NCBI GenBank assembly: GCA_034436215.1
Contig: DAOTVU010000003.1
Coordinates: 1 to 32,000, forward strand
Source: Dehalococcoidia bacterium
GTDB taxonomy: Bacteria; Chloroflexota; Dehalococcoidia; GIF9; UBA5629
DNA: 32,000 nucleotides
Direction: 5' to 3'
Shown: in pieces, positions 27,846-32,000 of the stretch
Layout of the letters: each line of letters begins with the position of its first letter
How positions within the stretch are numbered: the first letter of the stretch is position 1
Program-made: the position numbers and the translations under genes
The notes under the pieces: generated by a model
What the model was told of the DNA's origin: nothing
The model's input: the letters and a program-made list of their open reading frames with translations, nothing else
Databases searched by the model: none

Positions 27846-28053
27846 TTTTTTATTCATTCGATATCATAGTACCGGGCAGCTATCAACCCATAAATATGCA
27901 GTGTACTTCAGCATACGGTTAAATAAAATATACAACATAAAGGCCACAAAGCGTATCTGCCTTTAATGTAGATTCTTTAACCGTGCAAAAATATCTCTAT
28001 TTGGGAAGGAAATTTTCAATGCATCATTATTTATCGAGCAATTAAGCTGTGAA

Positions 28054-30618
28054 TTATTTATTCTGGACTTTCTTTTTCAGCTCGTAGAGTTTGTTTATAG
28101 CCTCAATAGGTGAAATTGAATCAATATCCAGCGATTTTAATTCTTCTTCAACTTCAGAAGTGGGAACAAAAATCGATAGTTGAACCGGCTTTTCAAGATG
28201 TTTTTTTACTTGCGGTTCTTTAGAAGGATCGGTACGCTCTTTCTCCAAACTGGTCAGAATCTCCTCGGCACGGTTTATAACCGGTTTAGGAAGCCCTGCC
28301 AACTGGGCAACATGGATCCCGTAGCTTTTATCAGAACCGCCCGGCACAACATGGCGCAGAAAAATCACTTTTCCTTCCTCCTCAGTTACTGCCATGTTGA
28401 AATTCCTCACGCGCGGCAATGTGGAAGATAATCCTATCAGTTCATGATAATGCGTAGCGAAAAGCGTCCTCGATCTTAAACGTGCATTATTATGTATATA
28501 TTCTATGACAGCCCAGGCGATAGACAGGCCATCATATGTGCTTGTTCCCCGGCCAACCTCATCGAGAATCAGTAGAGACCGCGAAGTAGCATTGTTCAAT
28601 ATATTGGCGACTTCAATCATTTCGACCATAAAAGTCGATTGCCCACCGGCCAGATCCTCCTGTGCACCAATACGTGTAAATATGCGATCGACTATCCCTA
28701 TCTCAGCTTCGTCGGCAGGTACAAAACTTCCAATCTGTGCCAGAAGCACGATAAGGGCGACCTGTTTAAGATAGGTAGATTTACCCGCCATATTTGGCCC
28801 GGTCAATACTATAAGTTGTGAATCCTTGCAGGATAAAAAGGCATCATTTGGCACGAAGGCCCCACTGCCCAGCATACGCTCCACTACAGGGTGACGCCCC
28901 TTTCGGATTTTAATAGCATCGCCATCGTTTAATCGGGGCCTAACGTATCCATAGCGTGCGGCTATGTCGGCGAGTGCAGAAAACACGTCAATTTCAGCCA
29001 GAGTAATAGCCGATGCTAATATTTTTTCGCCGTATCCGGATATATTCGCGCACACCTGAATGAAAATCGCCTTTTCCATCTCGATCATATGCTCCTGAGC
29101 ATTCAATATAAGCGATTCATATTCTTTTAATTCCGGAGTGTAGAACCGCTCTCCATTAGCCAGCGTTTGTTTTCTCACATAATTTGCGGGCACGGCTTTT
29201 AGATTTGCCTGTGTAATCTCGATATAATAGCCAAAGACCCTGTTATATCCCAGTTTAAGCGACTTTATACCCGTTCTCTCCCGTTCCCGCTTTTCCATAT
29301 CGGCTAAAAACTGCTTTGCATCACGCGCAATAGCCCTTGTTCTATCAAGCTCTTCCGAGTAACCCGCCCTGATAACTCCACCATGTTCAAAGCTTACAGG
29401 TGGCTGATCGACCAGCGATCTGGCTATAAGCTCTAACACATCTGGAAATAAATTAAGATCGGCTGTGAGAATTCGTGGCGCATTTTTCTCGATTAATAGC
29501 TCTTTTATTTTGGCCAGCTTCTCCAGTGATAATTTTAAAGCGATTATGTCCCTGGTAGCGGCAGTACCGCTCCTAATACGATTAATGATTCTCTCAATAT
29601 CAGGCATATCGGTAAGCAACTCAATAATTGCAGACCTGATCAGCGGATTTTCATAAAACCAAGAAACTGCATCCTGTCTCTTACCGATTTCCGTCAAATC
29701 CAGCAAGGGCTGTCCAATATATTTTTTTAGAAGCCGACTACCCATTGCCGTTCTGGTCGCATCTATAGTTTCCAGCAACGATCCCCTGACAGTGCCCCAG
29801 CGCAAACTGGTATAAAGCTCCAAATTCTTCAGTGTATTGACATCGAGCGTCATAAATGAATCAACAGAATATGTGGATAAATGCGTCAATAACTTAAGTG
29901 CAGCTTTCTGATTCTCACCTAGATAGGCGATAATTGCTCCTGCAGCTCTGACCGCCAGCGATAGAGAAGCACACCCAAATCCCTCCAAGGTGCTAACATT
30001 AAAATGCTCAAGTAAAGTCTGCCTGGCAATATCCAGTTCATAAAAATACTCTTCAAATTGCGTTACATTTTGCGTTTTTTCCAGAAAGACATACTCACTT
30101 GACTTCGGTATTATAATCTCGGCAGGATTCAGCCTGGCTATTTCATTGGTTATCCTATCAAGAGGCATCTCGCTCACAGTAAACTCACCTGTTGTAATGT
30201 CGGCACAGGCGATACCAACACGATGTTTTTCTACAAAAAGGCTTACCAGGTAATTATTATTCCTTTCAGTAAGTAATCCCGGTTCTATAATCGTACCGGG
30301 AGTAACCACCCTTATTACATCTCTTTCAACTAGCCCTTTACCCGGCTGTGACATTTGCTCACAGACCGCCACCTTGTATCCACGATTAATCAATCGGGCC
30401 AGATAATTCTCAAGTGCGTGATATGGTATCCCGGCCAGTGGTACCTTCTGCCCTTTGCCCATTTCACGTGAGGTCAATACAATCTCAAGTTCCCTGGATG
30501 TAATCCGTGCATCTTCATCAAATGTTTCGTAAAAATCTCCCAGCCGGAAAAATACAATGGCATCAGGGAAACGTTTCTTTATTTGAAGATATTGTTTACG
30601 TAACGGAGTAATCGACAT
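28054..30618 (-). CDS. mutS: DNA mismatch repair protein MutS
   Basis: 854 aa. N-terminal mismatch-binding region (TPLRKQYLQIKKRFPDAIVFFRLGDFYETF), Walker A GPNMAGKSTYL, and DEVGRGTSTYDG. Confidence 0.94.
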   Translation of the reverse strand: MSITPLRKQYLQIKKRFPDAIVFFRLGDFYETFDEDARITSRELEIVLTSREMGKGQKVPLAGIPYHALENYLARLINRGYKVAVCEQMSQPGKGLVERDVIRVVTPGTIIEPGLLTERNNNYLVSLFVEKHRVGIACADITTGEFTVSEMPLDRITNEIARLNPAEIIIPKSSEYVFLEKTQNVTQFEEYFYELDIARQTLLEHFNVSTLEGFGCASLSLAVRAAGAIIAYLGENQKAALKLLTHLSTYSVDSFMTLDVNTLKNLELYTSLRWGTVRGSLLETIDATRTAMGSRLLKKYIGQPLLDLTEIGKRQDAVSWFYENPLIRSAIIELLTDMPDIERIINRIRSGTAATRDIIALKLSLEKLAKIKELLIEKNAPRILTADLNLFPDVLELIARSLVDQPPVSFEHGGVIRAGYSEELDRTRAIARDAKQFLADMEKRERERTGIKSLKLGYNRVFGYYIEITQANLKAVPANYVRKQTLANGERFYTPELKEYESLILNAQEHMIEMEKAIFIQVCANISGYGEKILASAITLAEIDVFSALADIAARYGYVRPRLNDGDAIKIRKGRHPVVERMLGSGAFVPNDAFLSCKDSQLIVLTGPNMAGKSTYLKQVALIVLLAQIGSFVPADEAEIGIVDRIFTRIGAQEDLAGGQSTFMVEMIEVANILNNATSRSLLILDEVGRGTSTYDGLSIAWAVIEYIHNNARLRSRTLFATHYHELIGLSSTLPRVRNFNMAVTEEEGKVIFLRHVVPGGSDKSYGIHVAQLAGLPKPVINRAEEILTSLEKERTDPSKEPQVKKHLEKPVQLSIFVPTSEVEEELKSLDIDSISPIEAINKLYELKKKVQNK

Positions 30619-30663
30619 TGTCTCTGGTTTTTATATTCAAAGATTATTCTTAGCCCGGTATTT

Positions 30664-32000
30664 TCAACGGATAGACCATATATAATTAAACTCGGTATGC
30701 TGTCCTGGATCCAACTGTAACGGCAAAATTATGACAAGACAGTTACCCTGATATATCTTTTCTATGCCACCCTCGGAATTTGACAGGCTTTCTATTGAAA
30801 AAAGCCACAATCTCACAGGTCGGTCTATTTCCAGATTCATCTCAACGCCCAGATAGCTATTGCCAATAGAAAACTCCGACACCGGCATCAGTTCACTGCA
30901 GGAATCAAGATGTGTATCGCCTGTATCAACCTCACCCGCTTTATAATAAGCGTAGTCGTTATGTCCTCCACCCAGCAGATTAATATTCCATTCATTCCCC
31001 CAGATAATATCAAGTGACGAATTCCCCACATTAACAAATCGATATTTTATTCTTATATTTCTCCTATGCGCCTCCACAATCAACATCTTCTGAATATCAA
31101 GTTTCACCTCAATACTGCCTGTTCGTATAATGCCGTTTCTATGAAGGCTTAAAGTGCACTGATCACCCTTCAGATCGATATTACAGTCATAGGGCTCCCT
31201 GGTAAAATCCCCACGCTCATTGTAGCTATTCAGCTGGAAATCACCCATGGAAATTCTATTATCAAAGAAATGATCCAGTAAACTCGATCTCGGCAAATCA
31301 TCATAAACAGGCCTGATATCTTTACCATCCAATTTAACCCTCAGTACCTCATGTATGCTTTTAACCTCACCATCTACATTATCAGCAGTAGCATCGTGTT
31401 TTTTTGCAACCAGGTCTTTGTGATATCCTTCCTTCTTTCTTCTTATTGTGCTGAGTACGTTATAAGGCGGTTTGCGCACGTCCCATTCAAAAATAGAACC
31501 GCCCTCCGCAGGACTCAGATACAGGTTGAACTGCCTACCTTCTACTATTATTTCCTCATTGCCATCATTATCAAGATCGATTGTTTTTGTAATAAATCCC
31601 TCGTTCAGATATCCCAGTACATTATCGACAAGGTCTTCAGCCTTAATTAAATTACTGTACGTTAAAGCACGGATATCAGCAAGGTAAATCCCGCCGAAAA
31701 CACCATGCCAGTAGGGGCAATTACATTGCGCTTTCCAGAGATAATCAAGACCACACTCACATTCATTTAATGTGCGCGCCTTATAAACTTTTTCGTGCAC
31801 ATACAACATTTTTTTGTGCATCCGATTAACCTCAGGATATTTGACCATAAAATTACGCCAGAATCCACAATAGAAATAGCGCAGGATGTTATCCTGTTTT
31901 TTTTCGGTCAGATCGTGCTTTAAAGAAGAATATTCATACGATTCATCAGCAGGGAGTGACCATTCCATCATTTCATCGTATGCTGCACAGGGAAGGTAAA
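30664..32000 (-). CDS. GH57-family alpha-glucan enzyme (alpha-amylase/4-alpha-glucanotransferase-like) with DUF1926-type C-terminal domain; 5' end beyond the right edge
   Basis: The frame stays open from 31971 to 32000 (...YLPCAAYDE-MMEWSL), so the gene is truncated by the window. FWRNFMVKYPEVNRMHKKML and WHGVFGGIYLADIR are segments I recognise from GH57 proteins. Confidence 0.75.
   Translation of the reverse strand, partial: YLPCAAYDEMMEWSLPADESYEYSSLKHDLTEKKQDNILRYFYCGFWRNFMVKYPEVNRMHKKMLYVHEKVYKARTLNECECGLDYLWKAQCNCPYWHGVFGGIYLADIRALTYSNLIKAEDLVDNVLGYLNEGFITKTIDLDNDGNEEIIVEGRQFNLYLSPAEGGSIFEWDVRKPPYNVLSTIRRKKEGYHKDLVAKKHDATADNVDGEVKSIHEVLRVKLDGKDIRPVYDDLPRSSLLDHFFDNRISMGDFQLNSYNERGDFTREPYDCNIDLKGDQCTLSLHRNGIIRTGSIEVKLDIQKMLIVEAHRRNIRIKYRFVNVGNSSLDIIWGNEWNINLLGGGHNDYAYYKAGEVDTGDTHLDSCSELMPVSEFSIGNSYLGVEMNLEIDRPVRLWLFSIESLSNSEGGIEKIYQGNCLVIILPLQLDPGQHTEFNYIWSIR

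Noticed and set aside
27938-27965. Hairpin TAAAGGC-(14 nt)-GCCTTTA as the mutS terminator
   Set aside because: It has only a 7-bp stem with a 14-nt loop, and the downstream tract is only partially T-rich. It is too weak to call, so mutS may read through into the arg operon.
27870-28053. Possible tRNA, small RNA or leader peptide in the 246-bp mutS-argJ spacer
   Set aside because: There is no cloverleaf-compatible sequence (no GTTCRANYC T-loop and no acceptor pairing). The only small ORFs are 8 aa on the plus strand and 24 aa (MLYILFNRMLKYTAYLWVDSCPVL) on the minus strand. Both lack an SD, and neither is Arg-rich, so there is no arginine-attenuation-type leader.
1-32000. Search for CRISPR repeats, IS/transposase ends, integrases, phage genes, toxin-antitoxin pairs or defence islands
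   Set aside because: Every ORF of 60 or more codons that is not an antisense shadow has a clear housekeeping assignment. Intergenic spacers are at most 246 bp, and I noticed no repeated spacer-repeat periodicity or terminal inverted repeats. I cannot run a formal repeat search, which would be the decisive check.

Overview
This is a dense stretch of bacterial chromosome that is almost entirely housekeeping. GC looks low to mid 40s % by eye. I count 28 protein-coding genes, two of them cut by the window edges.

Genes left to right:
- A BKACE/DUF849 enzyme (partial, minus strand, missing from the supplied ORF track) sits divergent from a cyclase/kynurenine-formamidase-family protein.
- A stand-alone EF-G2-type paralogue follows, ending at a perfect bidirectional terminator.
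- prfA-prmC-etfB-etfA run on the minus strand.
- gatC-gatA and an Lrp/AsnC regulator plus a class-I aminotransferase run on the plus strand.
- A long minus-strand array follows: fakA (DAK2/YloV), two DegV/FakB paralogues, recG, argS, trpS and an IMPase-family gene.
- rpmB sits divergent from fakA.
- A tightly packed minus-strand argJ-argB-argD-argG-argH-rpe array comes next.
- mutS and the C-terminal two-thirds of a GH57/DUF1926 glucan enzyme (partial) close the window.

Gene junctions are very tight, with many 1-20 nt overlaps. Two convergent pairs have essentially no spacer.

I saw no rRNA, tRNA, CRISPR array, IS element, transposase, integrase, phage gene, toxin-antitoxin pair or defence-like gene. 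I do not find convincing evidence for a novel multi-gene system here, and I treat the window as an ordinary core-genome region.

The modest leads are:
- an EF-G2 paralogue;
- an orphan clostridial-type EtfBA tacked onto prfA-prmC;
- a TrpRS carrying a four-Cys motif resembling the Fe-S-binding TrpRS type;
- an NLPY instead of NPPY motif in PrmC;
- an N-terminally extended RecG;
- a possibly leaderless, ARG-box-like arg operon control region.

The rpmB<>fakA...recG synteny fits a Firmicutes/Chloroflexota/Thermotogota-like lineage, but I cannot assign taxonomy from sequence alone.
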